From an uncultured Verrucomicrobiae bacterium (GTDB taxonomy: Bacteria; Verrucomicrobiota; Verrucomicrobiia; Limisphaerales; JAFGQR01), in the NCBI GenBank assembly GCA_963788655.1, contig CAWBHS010000060.1, forward strand, positions 224,001 through 288,000: DNA of 64,000 bases, given 5' to 3'. A program made the position numbers and the translations under genes. The notes below the pieces were generated by a model, which searched no databases, had not been told where the DNA came from, and was given only the letters and a program-made list of their open reading frames with translations. This document shows positions 48,570-58,287 of the stretch, piece after piece; position 1 is the first letter of the stretch, and every line of letters starts with the position of its first letter.

Positions 48570-51500
48570 TTAGGCGGCGGCGGCATTCGCTTCGGCTATG
48601 GCGGCGTCGAGGAGGTTGGCGGCCGACGGCAATATTTGTCGCAAGGCCTCCGTCCGCCGGCACAGTGCTTCCACCGGTTCGCGCGCGTTGAATTGCAGCA
48701 ACCGCCGATACCACGTGATGAATTCCCGGCTGAGCTCCGCCTCGAATTGGGCCGGCAGGGAAAACTGATTATCGCCCACGACGGTTTCGCACAGGATCAA
48801 TGCCGCCACGCAACCGGGATCGGCGGCCGATTTTAACTGACGCCAGACCGGCAACGCTTCGGCGCAATGGCCGGCCAACGTCAACGCCTCAGCCCGCTGC
48901 TGGCAAATCGTCGTGTCCTGGGGCAGATGCCGCTGGGCCTCGCCAGTCCAATTGAGCGCGACCTCAAGAAATTCAGGCCGGCTGAGCGCAAGTTGGCCGC
49001 CTTGCCGCCAAACCGGCGCCTCCTGAGGATGCTCACTGGCCAGCGCAAAGAACAGGTTCAAGGCCTCCACCGGCTGATCGTGACCGGCCATGAATCGTGC
49101 ATAATCGAGCCGCGCCAGCCGCGACTGCGGATCGTCCTGAATCGCTTGCTGGAATTGTTCGGCGGCGGTGGCGTGCCCGAGTTGGGCCAGACACAACGCG
49201 AGACAATGACGCGGGCCGGCCTTGAGGATTTCCTGGTTGACCGGCGTGAAGGCGGGCTGTTGGCGCTTGGCCAGACACTGCCTGAACTGTTCCGCCGCTT
49301 CCAGAAACTGCTGCTGTTCCATGAGCGCCAAACCCAGGGTGAAGTGCATCGACGCTGTCAAACCGCCGCGCCGCGCCAGCGGACCCGTCAACAATTGAAT
49401 GACCGCGCCGTGTTCCTTGGTCTTCAACAATTGCGTGCTGAACTGCGTCAGCAGTGCCTCGCGAATCTCCGGCGTCAATTGCGCCGCCGGCAATGCGACG
49501 GCCGCGTTGAACGCCTCCTGGTACCGCTGCAAACCTTCCGGAAGCCGTCCGGCGCGCACCAATTCGAGCCCAAGATTCAGCAACAGATTCGGTTCATCCG
49601 GCAACTCCTCGACGGCTTTTTCCAACAGGCGGAGATTCCGTTCGACTTTGCTCCGCTGCTGGGTTATAGCCTGCGTGTAGCCATGATGGATCAACGTCGC
49701 TTTGCCAAACTTGTTATCGAGACCCCATTCCTGGCGGCGCACTTCCACACTGCTGAACACCTGCTCGTGAATCCGACCGACGTAGAACAATCCGGGCGCA
49801 TTGCGGAACAACCGCGGCACAAAACTGCGGCCTTCCGCCTCTCGCCCCACGTCCAACATCGGCAGGCGATAAGCCATCACGCCGCCGGCTTGAAGCTCTT
49901 GTTTCAATACGTCGCGATCTTGGGCGCGCAATTCCTCGTCGGCGTCGAGCACCAGCACCCAATCACCGCGGGCATGTTCCAACGCCGCATTGCGGGCCAC
50001 GCTGAAGTCATCCGTCCATTCGCACGAATAGACCTCGGCGTTGAACCGCGCGGCAATGGTGGTAGTCCAATCCGTGGACCCAGTGTCCATCACGACGATC
50101 TGGTCGGCAATCGGTCGCACCGATTCCAGGCACTGACCGAGGAACTGTTCCTCGTTTTTGGTAATCAAACAGACGGTCAGCCGCGGAGCGTGCCGGAAAT
50201 CCCGCGCCAGTTCCGAGGGCAGCGGCAGTTCCAATCGTGGCTTGCCGCCTTTGCCGGGCAGCGACTTTGAGAACTTACGGGCCGGCTTCCATTTCGGCGC
50301 CAGCAACCGCGCCTGCTCGGCGCAACGTTTCGCCAGCGGAATATCTCCAACGTCCCGGGCGATCTCGGCCAGCAACAGAAAGGCCTCCGGATGATAGGGC
50401 CGGACGCCGATGGCATCCACAGCAGATTCCCAAGCCGGCAGCCACTTTTTGTTCCGGTGCAACTCGTGCGCCGGTCCCAAACGACCCCGCAACGCCGCGG
50501 GCGGTAGTTGGATCGGTGCCGCTTTGCGCTGGGGATGGGGCGACGAGTTACCGATGGTGAACGGTTGTTGGTGCGAAGTAATCTGCCGTAACCGTTGGGC
50601 CGCCACCTGCGCAGCCCGATCCCAGGTCCACTCGCGGCGCACGCATTCGCTGGCCGCGCGCCCTTTGGCCCGAGCTTCCGCGCGATGTTCAAACACCCAC
50701 CGCATTTTGGCAGCGAGCTCGGGTAGATTCGGTTCCAACAGCCAGCCTTCGCCGGCCAGCTTCATGCCACTGATCACATCGCCAATGGCCCGCCGTTTCG
50801 TTGGCACGCGATAGGCAAACTCATCGGTGGCAAAATCATCCGTGGCGCCGCCGCCGGTCACAATGACTGGCAAGCCGCACGCCATCGCTTCCAGCACGGG
50901 CAGGCCGAAGCCTTCGCCGCGATAAGGATGCACCAGGGAGTCGCACGCGGTGTAAAGTCCGGCCATGTCCCCGAGTTCCTCCGTGAGATAGAGAATCTCC
51001 GGGGCATTCGGCCGGGCTTGCGCGGCGCGGATTTGCGCCTCGAAGGTCTGGCCGGCATACACGCTCTGGCCGCCAAAATCCTTGATCACGAGACACACGT
51101 CGTCCGCCGCGGTGAAGTGCTCGCAATACGCCTTCAGCAACAGGTCCGGCCCTTTGCGATGGATGGTGCCGCCGACAAAGAGAAACTTGAACGATTTGCG
51201 CGTCGCCAAGGGCATGGGCGGCACGGCCGGGTGGAAGATGGACGGATTGATGCCGTTAGGCACGACGTGAACCTTCTCCGCCGGCACACCCGACTCGACA
51301 TACATCCGTTGCGCGCACGCCGAGGGCACCCAGACCTCGTCCACGCGCTGGCAATTGCGCACCCATTCGGCCGGGATGCGCCCGTATTCCCAGGGCTGAA
51401 TCAGCACCCACGCACCGGAGGCAGGAGCCGTCCAATTGGGCGGCCAGGCATGGCGAACGGTGACCTGCGTATTCGGCGGGGCGACCGGCTGCAATTCGCG

Positions 51501-54500
51501 GGCGACCGCGACCAACTCCGGGTATTGGGCACCGCCGTTAAGCGCGGCAATGTTCCCCAGTCGCGTCAACTGGATTTGCGGCTGCCGGGCCAGCTCGCGC
51601 GTCAGTTCGCGGTTGACGTGCGACAAGCTGCCTAAGTCTAGGAAGGAGCCATCCCAGGCTACCACCGTGCGCGTTGCGGCCTCGTTGTCCGAGGCTTGGA
51701 CGGGCGCGCCGGAGGCGGCAACGGCGGCGCCGCTTGCCCCGGCGGGGATTGGCCGGGAGCCGGGCTTGGCCTCCAGTCCCGACCGGACAGCTTGCATCAT
51801 CTTCGTCACCGCCGCCGTGGGCCCGTAGGCCCATTCCATGAACAGCGCGCCGTCGCGCCCCATTTCCTGGCGCCGGGATGCGGGCGTGGCAATGGCCGAG
51901 CGCAGTGCGCGGCGGACATCGGCCACCACCAGCAACGGCATGGGCTGGTTGCGATGATGCGGCTGATACAACAGTTCCGCCTCCGTCAGCGGCCGGTTGA
52001 GCCGCGGATTGACCGGGATGGCAAAAACGCTTTTGCTCATCGGCAGGTTCATGCCGTAGCCCTCGGGAATCACCGCCACCTTTTCCCGCACGAACACCTC
52101 TCCGACCGGCGCGGTGATCGCAGTGTCGCACGACACAAACGCGTCGCAACTGTCCATCAACCGGCAGATGCCCAACCGGGTGTCCCGCGACTCGTCCACG
52201 CGGATCGGCGCGGCCGAACCAGTTGTCCGGCGCAGCCGTTCGATGAGTTCCCGCAAATCCCGTTGCGGCTGGTCGGGCGTCGGATGCCAGGAGGGGTAAT
52301 TGACCTTGAGATACAACTCCACGTCGTCCTGGCCGTTGAACTCCCGCAGATACGCCTCAATCAACGTGTCCCAGCGGCGGCGCGGCAGAAACATGGCCAG
52401 CGCCAGGAACCGGAACGGCCGGCCGGGCACCGGTCCCGCCGGAGCGGGCAACGGCAGCCGGGCATTGTGAATCCAGGGATGCGGACAATCCACCTGGTGG
52501 AGTTTGGACCGCGCCACGCCGGCGGCGGCAAACACGTCCAGTTCCGCCCGGCTCATTAACCAGACTTGGTCCATCTGGTTGCAAACGCTGATCCACTCGG
52601 CCGGCGGGTGGTTGCCCTGGGCACTGCTGTCAAAGGTGGTGAACATGATCCGCAGCGCGTCCGGCGGCAGCGGCACCGTCAACCATTGCGGACTAGGCAC
52701 ATGGAAGAACACGGTGACCAATGGCGCCGTCAAGCGGGTTTGTTCGAGGCGCTTGATCAGGTCCAGATCGCAATCATCTACCCCTGGCTCGACTCCATCC
52801 ACCGGCACCACGCGCACCCGAATCCCGGCCTGAAGCCAGGCGTTGACCAAGGCGCGTGCGGCCACGCCGTAGCCGCTACGGTTGTAGAGCGGCGCCACGA
52901 GCATCACGGTCGGCCCGGCGGCCTCATCCGTGGACAGCACCGGCAAGATGGCCATGTTATCGCCCGACGCAATGGTTTGCGGACCGGTCGCCGATGCCGG
53001 TTCGACGCGTTGATCCCCGGCGAGCACATCCAACCGGGCTTCGAGGCGATCGGTGCAAACCGACCAGTCATACTGCCGGACCACCAGCGCGCGCGCTTGT
53101 TCGGCTTTCTCCCGAACCTTGGCGCCGCCGCGCTGGACATGGGTCATGATGTCCGCCAGCCGTTTCGTGTCCGGCTCGGCAAAGCGCTGGCCAGCACTCA
53201 CAGTCCAATGGCCGATGCGGGAATTGCGCCGGGTCTGCTCCCGTGCGGGCACCAGCCACGCGTTGGCGTCGGTGCAAAGTTCGAGCAACGCGCCATGCCG
53301 CGTAGCAATGACCGGCACCCCGCTGGCCATGGCTTCCAAAACCGCCAGTGAGGAACTGGCTGTGCGCAAGGGCAACACCAGGCAATCACACGCCGCATAC
53401 AAGCCCGGCATGTCCGCCTCCGGCAACATCGCCGGCAGGTATTCGAGGGCCGGGGCGTTGGGCTGACGGGCGAATTCCTCGACCAGTTGGCGGCCGCCGT
53501 GGCGCACGTAGTAATCCTCGCAGTCGGTGTCCTTCACCACCAGGCAGACATCGTCCCGGCCGCGGAACGCGTGCGCGTAGGCCGCCAGCAACACATCGAA
53601 TCCCTTGCGCCAGCCCGCTTCGCCGACGAACAGAAACTTAAAACGTTTACGCGTCGCCAACGGCCGCGGCGAAACCCCGGGGCGAAACAATTGCGTGTCC
53701 ACCCCGAACGGCAGCACATGCACCCGCTCGGCGGCGATGCCCGCGTTCAGGAAATTGTCGCGCACCCACTGGCTGGGCACCCAGACTTCATCCACGGATT
53801 CTTGAAGAGGCCGAACCCAGTCCACCGGGATACCGCCGGTCCACCAGGTGTTGATCAGGATCTGGCGGCGGGCGGGCAACTCACGGAACACCGGATGCCA
53901 GCGCGACATCACGGTGAATTCCGCTGGCGCCGGCAGCGGTTGATAGAACCGTTCGGCCAACGCACGGTAGGCGTCACGTTCAGCCAGATTCAGCTCTTCG
54001 ACGTGAAACGGGCCGTTGCCGGGAACCAGGGAAAGCGCGTGGCCGCGTTCGCTCAGGGCCCGGCACCAAGCCCGGTTGACGGCGGGTAATTTGCCGTGGA
54101 ACAACTGGAGACCGCACCAGTTCAGCGTGTGCGTGACACAGCGCGGCACACCACCCGGCGCTGGTTCATTACCGGGCAGACGGCCGGATGGAGTTGGAGT
54201 CGCGCCCAGCAGATTACAACTCTGCGATACAGCAGAGGGCAACTCTGCGCTACCAGACTGGCGATCATCGGTAGGACCGTCTGTGGGCTTCCCGGCAAGT
54301 TCCGTTTGGCTCGTAGCGGAGGAGGATTCAGCCACCCAGGCCCGTTCCATGGCGGCCACGGCCGCGGGCACAGTGGCTTCAAAGCTGTATTGGCGGCGCA
54401 TGAATTCATACGCGCCTTCCACCCGGTCGCGGCGTTCGTCCAACGGCATCGCAACTGCCTGGCGCAAGGCCCGCCGGATGTCCGGCACCTCCACCGCGCA

Positions 54501-55496
54501 AAAGGCCGTGTCCCGCTGGTGCGGCATGTAGGCGGCCATCTCGGGCGTGATGGGCACCAGGCGCTGGCTGTTGGGCACGAGCAGGGCTTGCGACGGACAT
54601 GCGACTTCCCAGCCTTCGCTGATGATCACCGGTCGGCGGCGGATGATGGCTTCCGTCACCGGCGCCGTGTGCGTGGTGTCCACGGACACGTAGGCATCGG
54701 CCGCGTCAAACAACCGAACGAGTTCCATCCGCGTGCCCGGCGTTTCGTCCACGGTGACGCGCGCCTGCGAGCCGGTGGCTTTCACCGTATCCGCAATCAG
54801 GCGCCGCAAATCCACTCGCGGCTGGTCCGGAACCGGATGCCACGACGGGTAACTCATTTTGAGATACAACTCTTTTTGCGGATCGTCGGCGAACTCTTCC
54901 AGAAACGCACGCAGTAAGGCCTCGAGCCGCCGGCGCGGCAGGAACAGGGAGATGTGCAGAAAGCGAAACGCGCCGGCCGCCGCCGGTTCCTTCACCGCCG
55001 ACTGGCCCAGCGCCGGGGTCTCGATCCAGTAATGCGGCCACTTGAGCGCCACGGCTTTTTCCGGTGCCAGCCCGGCGCGAATCCAGGCGGCCGTTTCCTG
55101 CGTGTTGGCCAGCCACACCTGGTCCATTTGGTTGCACATGAACACCAGGCGGGCCGGGGGCGAGGACGCTTCCCGGCGGCTGTCAAACGTGGTGAGCATG
55201 ATGCGCCGGCACGGTTGCGGCAGCGGCAACTTGGGCCACAGGTAGGTGGGCACATACGCGAAAATGGCCACCACCGGCGCGGTGATCTCGGTATGTTCCA
55301 GGGACTGGAGTTGGTAAAGATCGCAGTCATCCAGGCCGGCCGAGAGGTTGACATCATCGCAATCCACCCGGACGGTCTTCACCCGGAAACCCGCCTGATG
55401 CAGCGCCATCGCCCAACCCCGCGCAAGAATCCCGAAACCCGACCGGGCATAGAGCGGACCGTAGAGAATGATGTCGAATGGACGCGGATTAGTCAT
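48570..55496 (-). CDS. Giant multidomain glycosyltransferase: four GT4-like (GT-B) modules + TPR + GT2 + TPR
   Basis: GT4 motifs FLFVG...KG.D.LL and EGFGLPVLEAMA, GT2 motifs LTVCLITKNEE...DTGSTD...DFSVARN...LDADE, and TPR-like helices. Start trimmed to ATG 55496 because the upstream extension lies in a repeat. Confidence 0.9.
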   Translation of the reverse strand: MTNPRPFDIILYGPLYARSGFGILARGWAMALHQAGFRVKTVRVDCDDVNLSAGLDDCDLYQLQSLEHTEITAPVVAIFAYVPTYLWPKLPLPQPCRRIMLTTFDSRREASSPPARLVFMCNQMDQVWLANTQETAAWIRAGLAPEKAVALKWPHYWIETPALGQSAVKEPAAAGAFRFLHISLFLPRRRLEALLRAFLEEFADDPQKELYLKMSYPSWHPVPDQPRVDLRRLIADTVKATGSQARVTVDETPGTRMELVRLFDAADAYVSVDTTHTAPVTEAIIRRRPVIISEGWEVACPSQALLVPNSQRLVPITPEMAAYMPHQRDTAFCAVEVPDIRRALRQAVAMPLDERRDRVEGAYEFMRRQYSFEATVPAAVAAMERAWVAESSSATSQTELAGKPTDGPTDDRQSGSAELPSAVSQSCNLLGATPTPSGRLPGNEPAPGGVPRCVTHTLNWCGLQLFHGKLPAVNRAWCRALSERGHALSLVPGNGPFHVEELNLAERDAYRALAERFYQPLPAPAEFTVMSRWHPVFRELPARRQILINTWWTGGIPVDWVRPLQESVDEVWVPSQWVRDNFLNAGIAAERVHVLPFGVDTQLFRPGVSPRPLATRKRFKFLFVGEAGWRKGFDVLLAAYAHAFRGRDDVCLVVKDTDCEDYYVRHGGRQLVEEFARQPNAPALEYLPAMLPEADMPGLYAACDCLVLPLRTASSSLAVLEAMASGVPVIATRHGALLELCTDANAWLVPAREQTRRNSRIGHWTVSAGQRFAEPDTKRLADIMTHVQRGGAKVREKAEQARALVVRQYDWSVCTDRLEARLDVLAGDQRVEPASATGPQTIASGDNMAILPVLSTDEAAGPTVMLVAPLYNRSGYGVAARALVNAWLQAGIRVRVVPVDGVEPGVDDCDLDLIKRLEQTRLTAPLVTVFFHVPSPQWLTVPLPPDALRIMFTTFDSSAQGNHPPAEWISVCNQMDQVWLMSRAELDVFAAAGVARSKLHQVDCPHPWIHNARLPLPAPAGPVPGRPFRFLALAMFLPRRRWDTLIEAYLREFNGQDDVELYLKVNYPSWHPTPDQPQRDLRELIERLRRTTGSAAPIRVDESRDTRLGICRLMDSCDAFVSCDTAITAPVGEVFVREKVAVIPEGYGMNLPMSKSVFAIPVNPRLNRPLTEAELLYQPHHRNQPMPLLVVADVRRALRSAIATPASRRQEMGRDGALFMEWAYGPTAAVTKMMQAVRSGLEAKPGSRPIPAGASGAAVAASGAPVQASDNEAATRTVVAWDGSFLDLGSLSHVNRELTRELARQPQIQLTRLGNIAALNGGAQYPELVAVARELQPVAPPNTQVTVRHAWPPNWTAPASGAWVLIQPWEYGRIPAEWVRNCQRVDEVWVPSACAQRMYVESGVPAEKVHVVPNGINPSIFHPAVPPMPLATRKSFKFLFVGGTIHRKGPDLLLKAYCEHFTAADDVCLVIKDFGGQSVYAGQTFEAQIRAAQARPNAPEILYLTEELGDMAGLYTACDSLVHPYRGEGFGLPVLEAMACGLPVIVTGGGATDDFATDEFAYRVPTKRRAIGDVISGMKLAGEGWLLEPNLPELAAKMRWVFEHRAEARAKGRAASECVRREWTWDRAAQVAAQRLRQITSHQQPFTIGNSSPHPQRKAAPIQLPPAALRGRLGPAHELHRNKKWLPAWESAVDAIGVRPYHPEAFLLLAEIARDVGDIPLAKRCAEQARLLAPKWKPARKFSKSLPGKGGKPRLELPLPSELARDFRHAPRLTVCLITKNEEQFLGQCLESVRPIADQIVVMDTGSTDWTTTIAARFNAEVYSCEWTDDFSVARNAALEHARGDWVLVLDADEELRAQDRDVLKQELQAGGVMAYRLPMLDVGREAEGRSFVPRLFRNAPGLFYVGRIHEQVFSSVEVRRQEWGLDNKFGKATLIHHGYTQAITQQRSKVERNLRLLEKAVEELPDEPNLLLNLGLELVRAGRLPEGLQRYQEAFNAAVALPAAQLTPEIREALLTQFSTQLLKTKEHGAVIQLLTGPLARRGGLTASMHFTLGLALMEQQQFLEAAEQFRQCLAKRQQPAFTPVNQEILKAGPRHCLALCLAQLGHATAAEQFQQAIQDDPQSRLARLDYARFMAGHDQPVEALNLFFALASEHPQEAPVWRQGGQLALSRPEFLEVALNWTGEAQRHLPQDTTICQQRAEALTLAGHCAEALPVWRQLKSAADPGCVAALILCETVVGDNQFSLPAQFEAELSREFITWYRRLLQFNAREPVEALCRRTEALRQILPSAANLLDAAIAEANAAAA
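54209..54253 (-). repeat. GTAG-type REP-like double palindrome inside the glycosyltransferase CDS
   Basis: The minus strand reads GTAGC-GCAGAGTTGCCCTCTGC-TGTATC-GCAGAGTTGTAATCTGC, i.e. two GCAGA..TCTGC hairpins after a GTAG head. Confidence 0.6.
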
Positions 55497-55509
55497 GGCG
55501 GAGGACGGG

Positions 55510-55747
55510 AATGAAATCCGAATTCCGAAAGTCGAAAGCCGTAAGAATTCTGGAGCCCGAAAGCCGAAGGGCATTGGGTGTGCCGAAAGGAGTCCTGTCC
55601 ATGAACCTCGTAGCCGCCGATGTCAGTCGGCGCATGCCTATGGCTTCGAAAGTCAGCGCCGACTGACGTCGGCGGCTACGGAGTTCACGTGTTTCGGGTT
55701 TTGGCATTCGGGCTTCTTTCGGATTTCGGACTTCGGATTTCAGACTT
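55510..55747. repeat. Nested repeat: GTAG-type REP doublet inside inverted heptamer (TCCGAAA / TTTCGGA) arrays
   Basis: CGTAGCCGCCGATGTCAGTCGGCGC (55609-55633) pairs with GCGCCGACTGACGTCGGCGGCTACG (55656-55680) with 1 mismatch. The flanks are AATCCGAATTCCGAAAGTCGAAAG on the left and TTTCGGATTTCGGACTTCGGATTTCAG on the right. Confidence 0.8.
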
Positions 55748-56957
55748 AGTAAAGGGTGATCAGTGGATGCGCGAGCTTGAGCTCGTGGCGAATCCGGTGG
55801 CAGATGGCGTCCTGGTGAACGCGGGTGGAAACCAGGATGGTGCCCGGCTGTTGCTCCAGCCATTCCGGGGAGACGATGGGAATGCCCAGGACGGACTTGT
55901 CGCGGTAGCGGGGATTGGCATCCACAATCGCCTGGATCGGGGCTTCCCGCAGCGGACTGTTCGCCAGCAATCGCAGGGTGTGCGAGCCGGCGCCCCAGAC
56001 AATGAGCGGTTCGCCGGCGGTCGCCGCGGAACGTAGCGTCGGTTCCACGGCCTGGTGATCCCGTTGAGACTTGGCGACGTATTCGCGCAAGCCCCGGGAA
56101 GTGTCAAGGTCCACTGCGGCAACCTCGCCCTTGAGCGAACCCGTGGCGCGTTCGAAGACGGCGTGAATGACGGGTGTGGTGGTTTTCGCGTTGACCAACT
56201 GTTCCGCCTGTTCCAGCCACCGGCACCGCCACCCATGCGCGGCCAGCAGGCGTCGAAGGGAAACCGGGCCGAAGAAATTGATATGTTCCAAGCTGAACTC
56301 CTGGAACGGCGCGTCCTCGCCCTCGTGCAACCGGCTGGCATCGGGAATCGTCACAAACATCCGCCCGCCCTCGGGCACGAGCCGGGTGCAATGCCGGACG
56401 CTGGCCGACAAATCACGCAAATGCTCCAGCACGCCGACCAGAATCAGGAAGTCATACGAGGCCGGCCCGGCGCCCAAGGTGGTCATGGTGCCGGTCACGA
56501 TGGGCACGCCAAACAACTCCGCGCTTTGCCGGGCGCATGGTGGCGAAGGTTCCAGCCCGCTCACCTGGGGATAGCCGCGTTGCTTGAGCAGGTAGAGCAA
56601 TTGGCCGGACGCGCAGCCGATTTCAAAGATCCGCGCGGCCGAACCGGGAAGGTGCGGCGCGCAGCGGTCGGCGATGTCCTGCAACCGCGCCCAACTGGAA
56701 TGCGTAGTGTCCAGGATCGGCGGCGGCGCTTCGTACTTGGATAGTTCGGCGTAGTAGGTGTCAAACACGGCTTGCCCCGGGATGCGATCCGCGTAGCAAA
56801 ATCCGCACGCCGGGCAGGCCACCACGTCGTAGCCCTCCAAAAGCGTGCCCTCGCTCAGTGGGGCGAACCGGTGCGGGTGGAGGCAGTCAGTTGCGGGCGA
56901 TTGGCAAATTTCACAGCCGCGCGGGGAATGCGGTAGGGTGGAAAGATTCGCGTTCAT
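55746..56957 (-). CDS. Class I SAM-dependent methyltransferase with an N-terminal Zn-binding motif (sugar C-methyltransferase-like)
   Basis: CEIC...CPAC, FEIGCASG, VLEHL, EHINFF and a C-terminal Rossmann-like IVWGAG domain. Confidence 0.85.
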   Translation of the reverse strand: MNANLSTLPHSPRGCEICQSPATDCLHPHRFAPLSEGTLLEGYDVVACPACGFCYADRIPGQAVFDTYYAELSKYEAPPPILDTTHSSWARLQDIADRCAPHLPGSAARIFEIGCASGQLLYLLKQRGYPQVSGLEPSPPCARQSAELFGVPIVTGTMTTLGAGPASYDFLILVGVLEHLRDLSASVRHCTRLVPEGGRMFVTIPDASRLHEGEDAPFQEFSLEHINFFGPVSLRRLLAAHGWRCRWLEQAEQLVNAKTTTPVIHAVFERATGSLKGEVAAVDLDTSRGLREYVAKSQRDHQAVEPTLRSAATAGEPLIVWGAGSHTLRLLANSPLREAPIQAIVDANPRYRDKSVLGIPIVSPEWLEQQPGTILVSTRVHQDAICHRIRHELKLAHPLITLY

Positions 56958-56990
56958 GGACTTGGAATGGGGCTATGACCTTGGTCCGAG

Positions 56991-57016
56991 GGACACGCTA
57001 AGGCGGGAACTCCAAC
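56991..57016. repeat. Single REP-like unit
   Basis: GGACACGCTAAGGCGGGAACTCCAAC is an imperfect palindrome in an intergenic gap. It has no partner in the window, and the family assignment is from recall only. Confidence 0.3.
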
Positions 57017-57095
57017 CGCACCGGTGCCGGCTGCTTGCTGGATTTCAACCTGTCGGTTGTTCGGGGGCGTGGTCAGGGAAATCAAGTGCATTGTT

Positions 57096-58286
57096 TTACA
57101 TTGGAATGGCATAGCAGACGGTGTCCCAGCATTCCTCGTTGTAACGCCGCAAGTGGAACCGGCACGGCACGCCCGAGGCGAGAATTTGCAGCGGGATTTG
57201 CCAGAGATGGTCCTGCTGGTGATAGACACTGATGGCCAATTGCGGCCGGTGCCGTTGCAGCAAGCGCCGGCCGCCGGCCAAGGCGGCGGGTTCCGCCCCT
57301 TCGATGTCCATTTTGATGTACGTCGGCTGATCATTGGCCAACAACTCGTCCAGCGGCGCGCACGCCACCGTCAACGCCCCTTCGGCACTGGCCGAGGATG
57401 ACAACGTGCCGCCCCCGCTGAAGCGCAGTTGACCGCGATGATTGTCGGCGGCCAGGGCGAGGCATTCGATCTTGCGGCGCACATCGCGTGGATACCCGGC
57501 CACGCGCTCCTGCAATCGGCGAAAATTCTCGGGGTCCGGCTCCAACGCCCACACCCGTTGGAAACGCCCGCCTTGCAAGCGAACAAGATCGGCGAGCGTG
57601 TCGCCGTCAAACGCGCCGCAATCTACCAACACCGTGTCCGCATCCAGGTGAACCAAGTCGGCCGGGAAATACGGGACTTCCGCCGCCACCGGCGGCAATC
57701 CGGCGAAATCTAAGTGCAGGCGCCATCGGATCTGCGCAACGTATTCGACCCGGGACGGTTCATCGGCCAGGAGCGCAAACGCCCGCTCAATGGCGAGGCG
57801 TTGATCGCATAACCGCTGCGGCAAATCCAGGCAGTAGAAATCCAGGAACACCGCCGGATGTTTCCAGAAGAGCACCGCGGCGGGGAGGACGCAGGCGCAG
57901 CCGGCCTCGTTCAGCCAGCGTTGGGTCACTTCGAAGCGATGCCCGCCCCCCGCCCGCCACACCGTCACCAAAAAAACCGCCGAGTCGCCAAAGCGCGCGG
58001 CGGCCATCGCCGGTTCCAGCACCGTCAGGCCATCCACGGCCTGGCCCCACAACGCGGGATTGCAATCGGTGAAAGCCAGCGGTTCGAGGCCGAGCGCGCG
58101 CAGACCGCGCAGGGTACGGCGCCCCAGTCCGCCCGCGCCGTGCAGCACCAGGCGACCGGCCAGTGGTCCGGCCTGTTGATCGAAACTCTCGGCCGCGCGC
58201 CGGGCCACGGCGGCGGACGGTTCAGCCAGCAAGCACGACAATTCCTGCTCCGGGCGGACGACGGTTTCCAGCAACGCGGGCTGCAT
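57096..58286 (-). CDS. FkbM family methyltransferase
   Basis: VDCGAFDGDT, ALEPDPENF, YIKMDIEGAE and LAISVYH, plus an N-terminal VLHGAGGLG Rossmann-like domain. Confidence 0.92.
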   Translation of the reverse strand: MQPALLETVVRPEQELSCLLAEPSAAVARRAAESFDQQAGPLAGRLVLHGAGGLGRRTLRGLRALGLEPLAFTDCNPALWGQAVDGLTVLEPAMAAARFGDSAVFLVTVWRAGGGHRFEVTQRWLNEAGCACVLPAAVLFWKHPAVFLDFYCLDLPQRLCDQRLAIERAFALLADEPSRVEYVAQIRWRLHLDFAGLPPVAAEVPYFPADLVHLDADTVLVDCGAFDGDTLADLVRLQGGRFQRVWALEPDPENFRRLQERVAGYPRDVRRKIECLALAADNHRGQLRFSGGGTLSSSASAEGALTVACAPLDELLANDQPTYIKMDIEGAEPAALAGGRRLLQRHRPQLAISVYHQQDHLWQIPLQILASGVPCRFHLRRYNEECWDTVCYAIPM

Positions 58287-58287
58287 C

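Noticed and set aside
55497..55574. N-terminal extension of the 2334-aa ORF (likewise the extensions on ackA, ppk2, the dehydrogenase and the HAD gene)
   Set aside because: These extensions run through repeat DNA, intergenic DNA or the neighbouring gene. Downstream ATGs coincide with where the domains begin.
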